A stretch of 64,000 nt of DNA. Source: Octopus vulgaris. Its lineage: Eukaryota. Positions 36,793 through 50,894 of the stretch are shown one piece after another; the first letter of the stretch is position 1; every line of letters starts with the position of its first letter. Location: NCBI GenBank assembly GCA_951406725.2, contig OX597815.1:48484001-48548000 (forward strand). The letters run 5' to 3'. Under the pieces are notes generated by a model. The model did not search any database, had not been told where the DNA came from, and saw nothing but the letters and a program-made list of their open reading frames with translations. Position numbers and translations under genes: made by a program.

Positions 36793-36957
36793 TAGATAGT
36801 ATGTAGATAAATTTAACAATCTATCTACATACTATCTGTTTGCCTATTTGTCTATCTATCTATCTATCCATATACATATATATATATATATATCATCGTT
36901 CATCATCGTTTAACGTCCGTTCTCCATGCTAGCATGATATATATATATATATATATT

Positions 36958-37184
36958 CTCTCTTTTTACTCTTTACTCTTTTACTCTTTTACTTGTTTCA
37001 GTCATTTGACTGCGGCCATGCTGGAGCACCGCCTTTAGTCGAGCAAATCGACCCCGGGACTTATTCTTTGTAAGCCCAGTACTTATTCTATCGGCCTCTT
37101 TTGCCGAACCGCTAAGTAACGGGGACGTAAACACACCAGCATCGGTTGTCAAGCAATGCTGGGGGGATAAACACAGACACACAA

Positions 37185-37215
<31 letters not shown>

Positions 37216-37386
37216 CATATATACGACAGGCTTCTTTCAGTTTCCGTCTACCAAATCCACTCACAAGGCATTGGTAGGCCCGAGGCTATAGCAGAAGACA
37301 CTTGCCCAAGATGCCACGCAGTGAGACTGAACCCGGAACCATGTGATTGGTTAGCAAGCTACTTACCACACAGCCACTCCTGCGCC
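36958..37386 (-). mobile_element. SINE family A, young full-length copy
   Basis: CpG-rich; (CTCTTTTA)n tail; head GGCGCAGGAGTGGCTGTGTGGTAAG on the minus strand. Confidence 0.9.
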
Positions 37387-38278
37387 TATATATATATATC
37401 TACCTGCATGTGGGTGTTTATGTCAGTACTACAGTATGGCCTAATAGTTAGGGTGTTGAGCCTAAGACTACTGGGTTACCGACTTGATTCATGGATGGGG
37501 TGGGTGTTGTGTACTTGAGCAAGTCATTTCACATTGCTCCAATCTGCTCATCTGCTGAAAATGAAGAACAGCAGCAGCTGGAGGCTAACCTTGCAAAAAT
37601 GCTGGCACCCTGGTCAGTTGAAAGCACCCACTCTCTGAGTTGCTTAAATGCTGTAGAAATTGGGGAAAATCTCCAGCTTATTGAACTTGATTGCTCATTA
37701 CATGTACATACATGTATATAGACATGCATAAATGTGTGTGCATGTGCGCATGTGTGTGTGTGTGCATGCATGTGTATATGCATGTATCTTTCATATACAA
37801 ACATACATACATATACCCAGGTGTAAATATGCATGCACACATGCACATAGATATAACTATATATAAATGCACCTCTCTTTGTATACCTATACATTTGTAT
37901 ATATATACATAAGTATATATGTGTACATACATATCTATGTATATACAGACGCACACAACACACACACATACACACACATGGATGCAAATGTATATGTGCA
38001 CATACATATGATATCTAATGTCTAAGTCTGTGTATATGCCTACTTCCATGGTGTTATTTCTGTATATCTAAATGTATTAAATTATGTCCACTTATCTATG
38101 TTTCAGTAACCCTATAGACATACACCAGTACATACTGGTGGTGTTAAGAAGATTTTGGAATAGCATTACAGGGGCTGGATGACAGCTCTAAACATCTGTG
38201 GCTTATCTCTAGATTTCAGAGAAAAACATGGCGTGGTGTTTCAAAAACAACATATCTACCCCCACCGGTATTTCTGTT

Positions 38279-38334
<56 letters not shown>

Positions 38335-38590
38335 GTTGTTGTTGTTATTATTGTTGTTGTTGTTGTTGTTGTTTTTGTTTTTTTTTGTTCTTTTATCAAA
38401 GCATCTCAGTACTTCCATCGCACCTTAAACAAAAACTAACTGATCCCTCTTGGGGTAAGCTTAACGTGGGAGAGAAAAATTTTAAGAAAAGTCACCAAAA
38501 AGAAAAAAAAAATGGGAAAAAAAAATGAAAAGAGCAATGAGACATTAGTTCAGGGTGGAGGGTAGGACTGTGGAGGGGGATGTGTGTGTG

Positions 38591-38663
<73 letters not shown>

Positions 38664-39957
38664 ATGGGTAGTGTTGGTGGTTCTGGAAGGAATGATTTTG
38701 AAATAAAACCTGAAGATATATAACTAGTAATTGACAAACCAACTTTTCAGATCTCTGATGACATCAAAGGAGGAATTTTGAACTTGAAAGAGAAGAATTA
38801 CAGCATATAAACAACAGCAGCAACAACAACAACAATAGCTGAAATAACATCAACAACAACACTAGTAACAAACCAATAAGTATGCCCCACTTAGTTACTT
38901 GAGCTGCAAGAAAAGGAAGCCAAATTTCCCTCCAAATACATCATATGAGATTTTGATAAAACCAAAAATGAAAAAGAAGGTGATTAAATAATGTAGTTCT
39001 AGATACACCTAAGATAGAGAAAAATGGGATGGTCACAGCTGGAATAATTTTGATCATAGTCCTGCATCATCAGAAATATCTTGGAGTTAAAGATGAGCAC
39101 CACTGGTACCCTTGCTCGATCAGCAGCAGTAATGATTTCATAAAAGGCAACAGTTTGGTTCCTGGGTTTCAGTGTAGCCAGAAAATCAGAGCAAGAATTT
39201 ATGCTGAAAGATCAGACATGATGATATAAAGACACTACTTTCTCAGAAAAAAGCATGAATCTGGAACTACAAAAATCCATGGTCTACTCCTTGGCATTGC
39301 ATGGATGGGAAAACCTGAAGCATGACTGATATTAAGCCACAGAGATTATTTGAGATGACATGTTACTGAAGAGAGCTGAGGATCAATTGGCTCATAGATG
39401 TGATTGAGGAGGAGAGGTGGTGACGATGATGTAGGACATAAAATTACTGCTGATAGCCAGACAGCAAAAACAGCAATATTTTGACCATGTTTTTATGGCC
39501 CAGAACTTCACTGCCCACACAATGTTCAATTTTTCATTAAAATTTCAAGGTTGTCTCTCCTCTCTTTTTTCACCGGAATTAGTAATCTAGATAATGATTT
39601 CTTTTCAATACTAAGAATTCACAACATGAGTAAACCAAAAATAATTCCATTAAATATCAGTCATCAGTGTTTTAACATCCACTTTTCTAAAGTGGATGCA
39701 AAATATGAACCAAAGATGAAGAAGTGATGATATCAAGGAATGGATATGGAAGAGGCAAGCAGAGTTATGGCTGAAGCATGAGATTGCAGTGTGTAGTGAG
39801 GAGTCCTTGTAGTGACTGAGATCCGCGATTCTCATTGGTGAAGATAGGTATATTCATCTATCTATCTGTCTATCTATCTATCTATCTATCTACCTACCTA
39901 CCTACCTACCTACCTACCTATCTATCTATCTACCTACCTACCTACCTACCTACCTAC

Positions 39958-40439
<482 letters not shown>

Positions 40440-40443
40440 CGTA

Positions 40444-40481
<38 letters not shown>

Positions 40482-40486
40482 TATAT

Positions 40487-41800
40487 AGTGACTTCATAGA
40501 AATTAGTACCAATGATAAGGATATAATCTTCCATGCTAGAAAGACATTACTTTTCAGTGAGAATGCAAAGTGGGTAAAAAACACCAACACGGAGGGCGCT
40601 TTCGATGTGAGCATGGGTTCATATGATGGGGCAGGCATCTGTGATCTAATTGGACTCTTTCTCCTAGATACCTTCGGTAAGACATTCCCTAACGTACATT
40701 TCGCCATCTGCAAAGATGATGCCCTCGCCTTAACAGCTAATACAAATGGACCAGCACAAGATCGTTTTAGGAAGGATATTATCCAGTTAATGAAACACTT
40801 CGGACTTAGTATAACTATAGACACTAACCTGACGGTTGTCAATTTCTTAGACGTTTCCTTAGATCTTAATAATAATATTTATAAGCCTTATAGGAAGCCC
40901 AATGATAGACTAAGTTATATTAATGTAGGTTCATGCCATCCCCCTATAGTATTCAAAAATTTAGTTAAAAATATTAGTAAGAGGATTTCTAGCCTCTCAT
41001 CTAATGAGGACATCTTCAATAGCGTTGCCCCAGTTTATAATAAAGCTTTAAAAGATAGTGGTTTTAGCGAAAAAATAAAATATACACCTATCACCAGCCC
41101 AACAATAAGGAAAAGGAATAATAGAAATAGGAAGGTCATCTGGTTTACGCCCCCTTACTCACCCGAGGTGGCCTTCAATATAGGTAAATATTTCCTAGCA
41201 CTGATAGATAGACATTTTCCAGTTAACCATGCTTATAGGAAACTCTTCAATAGACACAATTTAAAAATTAGTTTTAGTTCAACTACCAATTTTAAAAACA
41301 TAATCAATCATAACATACAAAAAACACAAGAAGAAAACAGCTGTTCATGCAGGAATAAAGAATTGCGCCCGCTAAATGGAGCTTGCATGTCCAAGACCAT
41401 CATATATGAAGCTACCGTAAACTCTATAACCACTAAAGACACCGTTTCGACGAAGAAATACGTGGGCCTGACAGAGGGTAATTTCAAGGCCAGGTTCAAT
41501 AACCACACTTTGAGCTTTAGGCACTGGAACAAAAGAAAAGCGACACAATTATCCAATCATATTTGGTCTTTAAGAGATAAAGGTGTCGATTATAACATAC
41601 AATGGAAGATTTTGGCCAGATGTAAGCCCTATACTAACGGCAGCGGAAGGTGCGGTTTATGCGACATGGAGAGATGGCTTATCTGGAAAAGCAGCTTAGA
41701 CCCTACCACATGTCTAAATACAAGGACAGAGCTTTTCGGATCATGCCCACATGTGACTAAATTTCTGTTACGTTTTTGGTCCCCTAAAGAAAATGGATAG
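40487..41800 (+). CDS. PLE reverse transcriptase (C-terminal half) plus GIY-YIG endonuclease; open frame, no native start, probably inactive
   Basis: The frame is open from 40487: DIIFHARKTLLF..WVK..FDVSMGSYDGA, ICKDDAL (catalytic DD), VNFLDVSLDL, SCHPP, WFTPPYS, CSCRNKELRPLNGAC linker, IIYEATV...YVGLTEGNFKARFNNH, CGLCDMER, LNTRTEL..CPH. Confidence 0.9.
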   Translation, partial: SDFIEISTNDKDIIFHARKTLLFSENAKWVKNTNTEGAFDVSMGSYDGAGICDLIGLFLLDTFGKTFPNVHFAICKDDALALTANTNGPAQDRFRKDIIQLMKHFGLSITIDTNLTVVNFLDVSLDLNNNIYKPYRKPNDRLSYINVGSCHPPIVFKNLVKNISKRISSLSSNEDIFNSVAPVYNKALKDSGFSEKIKYTPITSPTIRKRNNRNRKVIWFTPPYSPEVAFNIGKYFLALIDRHFPVNHAYRKLFNRHNLKISFSSTTNFKNIINHNIQKTQEENSCSCRNKELRPLNGACMSKTIIYEATVNSITTKDTVSTKKYVGLTEGNFKARFNNHTLSFRHWNKRKATQLSNHIWSLRDKGVDYNIQWKILARCKPYTNGSGRCGLCDMERWLIWKSSLDPTTCLNTRTELFGSCPHVTKFLLRFWSPKENG

Positions 41801-41984
41801 AACATGCTTTCTGTGTTATGTCCCAAGAAGATTTTATATATTTTTATATATTTTTATGTATTTTTATATAATTTTTATGACGAAAAATGCGAGCGATGTA
41901 TAAGTACGCAGGCAAAGCAGAGTTATAACAGAGTAATTTCCCTTCATTTTTAACGGTATTTTTTCATAACGTTTTCAAATAGCC

Positions 41985-42047
41985 AGATAACCGAAGAGAT
42001 GGTGTTGTGGATTTCCACTTCGGCATCTGAAACTCAGAGTTTTATCT
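41985..42047 (+). ncRNA. Type I hammerhead ribozyme motif in PLE 3' UTR (core U4 to C)
   Basis: AGATAA-CCGAAGA-GATG...GTGGA(tt)TCCAC...CATC-T-GAAAC-TCAGA-GT-T-TTATCT: 6-bp stem I, extended stem II, near-palindromic ACTC-A-GAGT stem III. Confidence 0.72.
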
Positions 42048-42115
42048 TGACTACCGAGTAATGTAACATATTGTATAGATATATATATAGATAGATAGAT
42101 ATATATGTATGTATG

Positions 42116-42179
<64 letters not shown>

Positions 42180-42324
42180 CATATATAAAACAACAGCAAT
42201 AGAGATCTTTATATGGTAGGTACATATATTGGCCATATGATTTATAAATTCCACACATATATCATCAACTGTACATGCATTATATACATCATATATACAA
42301 ACATACAATGTAACTACATGTAGA

Positions 42325-42523
42325 TTGTTGGTTATTTTTTCCCCTCCGTCATCCTTTTCTCTTGGACTTTCCTCTGTCTCCTGTTTCTGAAGAAGAGCTT
42401 TGCTTGAAATGTAAAACTAACTTTCTTTCTTTCCCTGAGCATCTGTTAATACTTTGCATGTACCATGTCCTTGCATTGTTGTTTTTTTCTTCTTCTTGTG
42501 TTTTTTCTTTGTATTTTTTAACT
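42325..42523 (+). mobile_element. Solo PLE 3' end (pLTR-like) with decayed hammerhead at 42383-42417
   Basis: Alignable to 6457-6650. GTTT-CTGAAGA-A-GAGC(ttt)GCTT-GAAAT-GT-A-AAAC. Ends TTAACT followed by (AT)n. Confidence 0.75.
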
Positions 42524-43474
42524 ATATATATATATGAGTGTGTGTATGTATGTCCTCCTATCACCACTTGACCACTGGTGTTGGTCTGTTTACTCAGCTG
42601 TCACTTACTGGTTTGGCAAAAGAGACCAATAGAATAAGTACTAGGCTTAAAGAATAAGTCCTGGGGCTGGTTTGTTTGACTAAAACCCTTAAAGGTGGTA
42701 CTCCTGCATGGCTGCAGTCAAAGGACAAATAAGTAAAAGAATAAAAGAATATATATTAATAAATACAGAAGACCATAGTTCAAATAAAAACTCTGTACAC
42801 ATGTTGAATTGAATGAATATGTTTATTATAAGCCAAAGTCTTATGAATGGCCATGGAATTTCACCTCGAAAGTTCTCCTCCTAGGCACAGGTCTGAGCAA
42901 GATTGCATATGGAAGACCAACAGTTGTCCATGCATACTGCCCTCCCCTCTCCTTGCTACCGATGTTATTCAAGGGAAAGGCAAAGGCCAGTCGCAACTCA
43001 TTTCTTCATCTAAATGAACTAGAGCAACATGAAATGAAGTGTCTTGCTCAAGAACACAATACACTGCCCTTCTTAGGAATTGAACTCACTATCTCATGAT
43101 TGTAGCCTGATGCTCTAATCACTGAGCCACGATCCTTCACATACATATAGTTGTCATGGTGTACTCATACATATAGTTGACACAATCAATTATCCAACTC
43201 ACACTTGATTGCTGGTTATGCAGGGTATCACATATATATATAGCTCTGTCTGTGTATTTGTGCGAATGCATGAGTGTGTTTAATTTTGCTATCGGGTGGT
43301 TAGTTTTGGCTAATGTAGAGATTCGGGGTTTATTTTTGGTTCCCGTGTTTGTGTTTTGTTTATGCTGGAAGAAATAAAATGGAACCATAAATAAAAAGAT
43401 AAATGAAAGCAAGATAAGAAGAAGCTATTGAGATTGGTATTATACAGTCCTTGAAGTCTAGTGTGATCATGTGC

Positions 43475-43505
<31 letters not shown>

Positions 43506-43809
43506 AGTCTGTGTATGTTTGTGCTGTGTGTGCTGTGTGTGTGTGCATGCACATCTGTGTGTGTTATGGGGGAGTTGTTAAGGTGTATGTGTATTGGTAG
43601 TCAGACAACTCATTACTAGAGTGAATGCCTTTTATTATGCATATCTGTGGGCCTTGCAAGGTGTATATATGGGGTATATCATTTGTTTTTCTGTATGTTA
43701 GTGTATGTGAGTATTTAACTGTAATTAATCAACTTATATACTAAACTCTACCGAGTAATTCACTCAGTCCAATAAGTTACTTAGTATCTTTTATCTTTTA
43801 AATATTATT

Positions 43810-44122
43810 TTTTTGTAAAGTATGGTACTTATTCTATTGGTCTCTTTTGTTGGACTGCTAAGTCATGGGGATAGAAACATGCCAACGCCAGTTGTCAAGT
43901 GGTGGTGGGAGACAAACATAAACACAAAAACACAGGCAAATATATATATATAAATAAATGACAGGATTCTTTCAGTTTCTGTCTATCAAATTCACTTACA
44001 CAGCTTTGATCAGCCCAAGTCTATAGTAGGAGACACTTGGTCAAGGTGCCACACAGTGGGACTGAATCCAGAACCATGTGGTTGGAAAGCAAATTTCTTA
44101 CCACACTGTCACACCTGTGCCT
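43810..44122 (-). mobile_element. SINE family A
   Basis: Homologous to the other family A copies. Confidence 0.8.
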
Positions 44123-45126
44123 TTTTACGAACCAGCACACAATAGTTATGAAAATAACGACAGAATAGAGTGAAACAATCATCTAAGTTATGCAAGCTGT
44201 CAAACATCACTGGAATTTTTATACTTTTTCTTGAGCCAACCATGACAGACACCCAGAGGATTTTGAAAGCAGAGTGAATCAGAATGAATGAAGGGATTCT
44301 TCGCTTTGACTAGTTTCTCACTGAACCACTCCTGGCTAAAGCCTCTTTACAGTGGGATATCAATTGAAGGATAGGTAATAGATTACCTTGCTTATTCCTG
44401 CAGTTAGGTTCCTAATTATAGTTGTGAGGTAGTTGGAGTTCTTATAGCTGCATGCCATTGCCTTTTCTTTGGATTTTTATAGGAGTATTTTCTTAATATA
44501 TAGTGTAATAAATAAGAAATTAGATAACTTTAGATTTGTAGAGTTAGTAATATTTAAGCAAAATACATTAAATAAGTCATCAATTATTTTCTCATCCCAT
44601 CCAAGATATAACCATTCATACTGAATAAAATTGTCAATCCATCATCTCTGTAGAAACCTGTGAGTAAGCAGTGTCATCACAGCACTTGCTATACTTTGCA
44701 GTATTCATTCCCTCTGCCTCTGTTCTGAGTTCAAATCTGAGATGAACTTTGACTTTCATTGTTTTGGTGTTGATAAATAAACTATCAGTTCAGTGCAGTA
44801 GTTTTTTTTTACAAATCTCCCTCTTCTACATTTACCCTTTTTTTCTTTCTCCCCCTTTAAACAAAAATCGATGGTCTTCAGATCTGGAGAAGGGATGGGC
44901 TCCAACAGATATAGAACTCCCAAGGCATGCATTATATCACTTCTGTTCTCCTTTGGCTCAACCAGAAGTGGAGGATCCAAGGAAGGATATTATATATACA
45001 ACACACACATGCACGCACAAGAATTATAGAGGAAATAAAAAAATATGTAAAGGAAGATGTAAAAGACAAAGTACAAGGATAAGAAGTAGCTATTGAGGTG
45101 TGTATGTGTGTATATATACGTGTGCG

Positions 45127-45196
<70 letters not shown>

Positions 45197-47461
45197 GTCA
45201 TATATATGTATATGTGTGTGCATGCATGTAAGTGTGTATAAGACAAATAGGAAGTGAGTGTGGTTGAAGAAGAAACTGAAGAACATTGAAAATTAGAGAA
45301 TATACAAGAAGAATGAAGAAAATAAGGTGATAGAGGAGGAGATAATAATAAAAGTGTGTGAATAAGAGAAAAGGGTGATTTTAGAAAAAGAGGATGAAGC
45401 AAGGAGTTGAAGCAACAAATCAAAGCAAGAAGAGAATAAAGAAGGTACGAAGTGCAAAGAGAATAATGAAGAAGAAGAGAGAGAATGTGGAGAAAGAGAG
45501 AAGAATGTTGAGAAACCACAAGAAGCAAGAACAACAACAATGCATCAACAACAACAACAACTAGAATAGTAGGAAGAGATGTGATTGTAAAGATTAATGG
45601 ATTTATGCAAGTTGGGTATATAACACGTTTGTCCAGAACTGTTATTATCAGCACATTCTGCTCCATTTTGTTCGTATGTGGAAACCTTAAAGATATTAAT
45701 TATACAAAATGTCTCAGTGAAAATTTTCTACAAGACACAATACGGTATAATGAGTTTCTAGCACATGGAATTGGAAAGCAAACATTCATGAGTAGTTTTA
45801 AAAATTAGTGGCTTTCTAGTGGGTGTACATAATGAACTGTCATTTACGAAGAAAGAGGTGTTTTTCAAGTTGACATGAAAACAGGGGTAGTAAGAGAGTA
45901 AGGGAGAAAAACGTTGAGAGAAAGAGAGAGGAAGGGAGAAAAAGAGAAAATGAAAGAGAGAAGAAAAGAGAGAAAGAAAGACAGAGGAAGGAAGAGCAAC
46001 AGAGAGAGAAGGAGAGAAATAGGGTGGAGACGGGGTAGTTTATATATATCTTCACTTTGAAATGAGTGATACATATTGAGGTTTGAAGATATAATTTTCT
46101 GTTGTTAAATCTAAGGAACTACTTGGATTTAAGTAAGAACCATTATATTTAAGCCAATGGAATACATTATACCTTTAATCACACATGGAATGAGATGATT
46201 CACAGTGATTGAATATATTTGACACAAATGGAATATATTTAAACAGATTTATTACAGAAATGCAAGACATTAGAGGTGAAATGGTCAAGTAGATGAGTTA
46301 TTAAATCATTGGTTCAAGGATTTTAGGTTCAAATCATACTCTAAGTACTACACTATGTCACGGAGTATAATGCAGTACTTAATTCTACATGATTCAGCTT
46401 AACAGGGGAATATTTGTCCAGTCTCCTGTGAAAACTGGCACCACTGAATCACTGTTCCATAATCAAAAGCCTTCCAGCTGTGACCATTCCATCATGTTTA
46501 TTTTGGAGTGTATTATCCAATGTTTTTTCCCACCTGCAGCAAGTCTAGAATGAAGATTTTCTAATCATTACTATTCCTTTGTATTTAGAAATATATTATC
46601 TAATGTGTCCTTCATTTTAAGGTGATAGGATGTGACTTGTTGGAGATTTGGCTGCTACTTTTAGCAGGTCTAGCAAAAATGTAGAGGCTTCTTTGTAGGT
46701 ATGACTCCAAAAATATTTCTTTTAGGAGGGGAATTATCTCAAAAGTGAACGTCTGTTGAGATAGCATTAATGATTATTTAAATTCTACATAACTTGACTA
46801 CGACAGCTTGACTATTGCTAAACAACAACAATTTTTGTATCAAGAGCCAATAACAGAAAAAATTCCATCAGAATTTAACCAAACCATTGTAAAGGACATA
46901 CTGGAGAATGTAGTCTAAGACACACCTATGTTAGAGAGAAGAAAACACAAATTAGTGGTGGGTGGACATCTTTGATCCTTGTTCGTCTTGATCAAGGATG
47001 ATCTGGACTCAAATATCAATAACAGCAGCAAAAATCATAAGTATACAACACTGATGGTGTGAAGTGAACCCCTTCCATTACTGATGTCCTGTTCGTAAGT
47101 TCAAACCCTGTTATTCCAGCTATACACTTTGCATATCTTTTAATAATGAAAAATAACTCTGTTCTGATTTAGTTTGCTCAACTCATATCAAATACTGAAT
47201 TTTGATAAAAAAAAAAATGGTTAGTGGGCAGAATAGACATGCAAATCTTACAAAAATATGTCTGCAACAGAACCAAGAGAATGGAAGAGTACCAGTAAAA
47301 GTATGAGGATAAGAAATATGTGCTCTACAGCATGCAAATGCAAAACATATGGCAGCGTGCTGAACAATATTGAAACTAAATTAAAATTTTATAAAGCCTT
47401 GCAGTGGGTTAAATTACAATGTGAACACATTGAACACATTGTCTGTGTGTGTATGTATATG

Positions 47462-47532
<71 letters not shown>

Positions 47533-48689
47533 ATATGTATGTACGCACACACACACCCTATTTTATCAAAGCTGAAAAAATTCACAAACTTTTACTCAAT
47601 TTCACATAACTGTTCATCTGCCAATTGTAGTAAAAGACAATATAGATTTATAAAGAAATTTTAAATATAAATTTTTTTTACTACTCTGTATTATCATAAC
47701 TGCCTGATGAACAATCATAAGAAACTCTAAGTAATAGTTTGCGAAGATGTTTTCAGTTTTAATAAAAATGATATTTCGCTCTACTTCTAGTTTTGAAATG
47801 CTATTTTTTCCACTATGCTTTGCTCTTATGAGCTTACGTGTGTGTGTATGTGTGTGTATGGATATGTGTGCATATATGTGCTTGTGCATGCATACTTATT
47901 TGTGTGTTGGTGTGTAGATCATGTCTGTGTATTTGTGTATGTAAATGTCACTGCATATGCTCATGTGTATTTGGGCATGTATTTAAATAAGCTAATTAAA
48001 AAAAAGAAGCATTTTTTGACAATCCTTAGATAGCATGAACTCTCTAATTCCTGTAATGTCAAGGTTAGTTACTCATGCTTAGATAATATCACTTCCAACA
48101 TTCCATGCTGTAAAAGATACAAAAACGAACCCACACAGTCTGCACCTCACACTCCAAACTGTTACTGCTGAAATTCCATCAACTGCTTATCAGGAGGATC
48201 CTACCTGTCAAATGTATAGCCAGTGTATGGAGTCACTCATACTATCCAATGCCATTGTGAGACACAACATGAGTATTGCAACCAAAGATTTTAATGGAAC
48301 AAACAAGACACACATGCACTCCTTCAGTTGTAGGAACAAGGAAAGCTCCCTCACCCTGTCTTGCTTCATCTGGAGATTCTATAATGTTTGAAACGACTTC
48401 CCCAACAGTACATGGAGCATCCTTGACAATCTCCATCACCTTATTCAACAGAAGCTCATAATTGTCAACACAATCCCAGTATTCATTGATCAGAAAATTA
48501 TCCTATCTTACTGTTGTTGCCAGAAGTAGGTGCTGACAACCCTGTTATAACACTCTAGATCTCACTGGCCCATGTACATCGGCAAGGTATACAATTCCTA
48601 CTGCACATAGAAATTACAGCCTACTACTAACACTCATGTCAATCATGAAAATTCATTTGTAACTTGACACAATCAAAATGATTACCTCC

Positions 48690-48840
48690 TTCTGCTGAGG
48701 TCGACTTTGCCTTTCATCCTTTCAGGGTCAATAAATTAAGTAACAGTTATGTACTGGGGTCGATGTAATTGATTTAATCTCATTATCCGGTCTTGTTTGT
48801 TCCCTCTATGTTTAGCCCCTTGTGGGCAATAAACAAATAA
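48690..48840 (+). mobile_element. SINE family B, 3' part
   Basis: GAGGTCGACTTTGCCTTTCATCCTTTCAGGGTC...GCCCCTTGTGGGCAATAAA. Flanked by the direct repeat AAAATGATTACCTCCT. Confidence 0.8.
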
Positions 48841-49405
48841 AAAAATGATTACCTCCTCAGGCAATCAATGTTAGTACTGAAATACTACACCCTACAGAAT
48901 GATGAAGAACTGACACCATCATACTGTCTGCTACACCACATGTTGTATTCAATTTGAAGAGGTGATACGACTGAAATATAACATCTGGAGAATGCAATCA
49001 AAGTGATTACAGGAACTTCCCTGTGCCACCATGTCACTTTCATAACAAAACCAATAATGTGACCTGATTTGACTAATAGAAGTCTAAATAATCTCATCTT
49101 GAAGCCAGTAATTAAAAAAGAAATTCTCTTCAATTTGTCACCAAACATTTGATAGTGAAACTATAAGTACTGTAGAACCGAGTCAAACAGTTATTAAATA
49201 AATGTAACTGCAGCCAAATGTATTGAACACTACATACTTCCATTTGATAATCTCCTCACTTCTCCAAACATGCATACACGCATATACACTTAGTAATGTG
49301 GGTGTTTAACAAGTACATTCTAGGTTATGAATTGGTAAAACAGCACATTATATAGAACTCAATACAAACAGTTGAGTACACACATACAGACATACACACA
49401 TAAAT

Positions 49406-49444
<39 letters not shown>

Positions 49445-49556
49445 TATATATATATAGTTTATTATAAAAAGTGACAGCTACTTTTAAGTTTTGCTATGCA
49501 ACTCCTATGACTGTTTGATGGCGAAACTTATAAATAACCATTACTGTTTTGTATGC

Positions 49557-49643
<87 letters not shown>

Positions 49644-49703
49644 CATACACACATATAAGTATATATATATATATATTTATATATATATAATTTATATATA
49701 TAA

Positions 49704-49746
<43 letters not shown>

Positions 49747-50894
49747 CATACGCTATCACATGCATACATGTTGGATCTAACAGGAAAGATTACTTATACA
49801 AATGCATTGGATTATATAAAGGAAATAACATTTAGACTGAATTATTTAGAGACGTTTAATAACACTGCTGTTATACATTGATCTCAAAGCTATATCGACT
49901 CAATAAAGTGAAGTGAAATCACCATATTTCTCTCTTAGCCTCCGATGCTTCAGAGATAAATTCCAATTTATCCTCTCTTTTGTAATGTGGTTAAGTACAG
50001 ATTTGTCCTCAGTCTCACTATTTATTTCCTTGTCAGAGAAAATTGCACTGAATCTCTTGTAACGCATGCATGCTTTGGATTTGTCGGAGACAGTCCTTCA
50101 GTGCTGAGCCATTTGTCTTCCACATAACGAAATCTATTGCCTTTCATTCGAAGGCCAAAATTATGGCTTCTGGCGTTAACTATTACCACCTCTCTGCTTT
50201 ACAGGTGCTGCAGTTAATAAGAATTCAAGTGTACCTTTCCAAATAACTATTATGTTTGGGGTGCAATAGATGAGATTCCTGCAAGCAGATGACATCTTCA
50301 CTGCTGCAACATTTCCGAACAACAAGAATTGAAAACTAGAATGGATTAAGATTTCGGTAACATGGAATTTACTGCATGCTTCTGGATAAAAGTTGCAATG
50401 AATCTGTGTATCTCACTACATGCAACATATGACTTGTGGGTTACAGCCATTATTGGTAAGTGGAGTTAGTTACTACAATGGCAAATAAAAGTATTTGTAA
50501 GAATGGATGTGTGTGTTTATGTATGTGTATATATATATATCCATATGTGGGAGGTTGTGTATATGATATTAGCTCTTGTATGAGCGTGTCTATATGTTTG
50601 TAGAGGAATGTATACACACACATACACATGTGTAAGGTTATATAAATGTGTGCACACATATGTGAAACTGCTGTGTCTATATATGTTAGTTTATGTGAGT
50701 GTACATGTGTGTGCGCGTATGAGTTATTTGTATAATATTACTGATAAACAATTGAAGCATTTGGAAATACATGTGTATATATTTATGTATGCACACTTGT
50801 GCATGTGTGTTTGTGTGAGTGTGTGGTTAACATTGCGTAAACATATGCATGCATCTACTGCTCATATTTTATCATAATTACATAAGTTGTATGC

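Larger units (their letters stand above)
40487..42075 (+). mobile_element. 5'-truncated Penelope-like retroelement, probably Hydra clade, inserted in (TA)n
   Basis: RT plus C-terminal GIY-YIG ORF, a 3' UTR with an HHR motif, and (TA)n at both ends. Confidence 0.9.

Noticed and set aside
44932-45666. 244-aa minus-strand ORF
   Set aside because: Made of CT-rich, CA and TA repeats; no domain.
48000-48690. Complex sequence with short ORFs on both strands
   Set aside because: No domain motif recognised in any frame; needs BLASTX.
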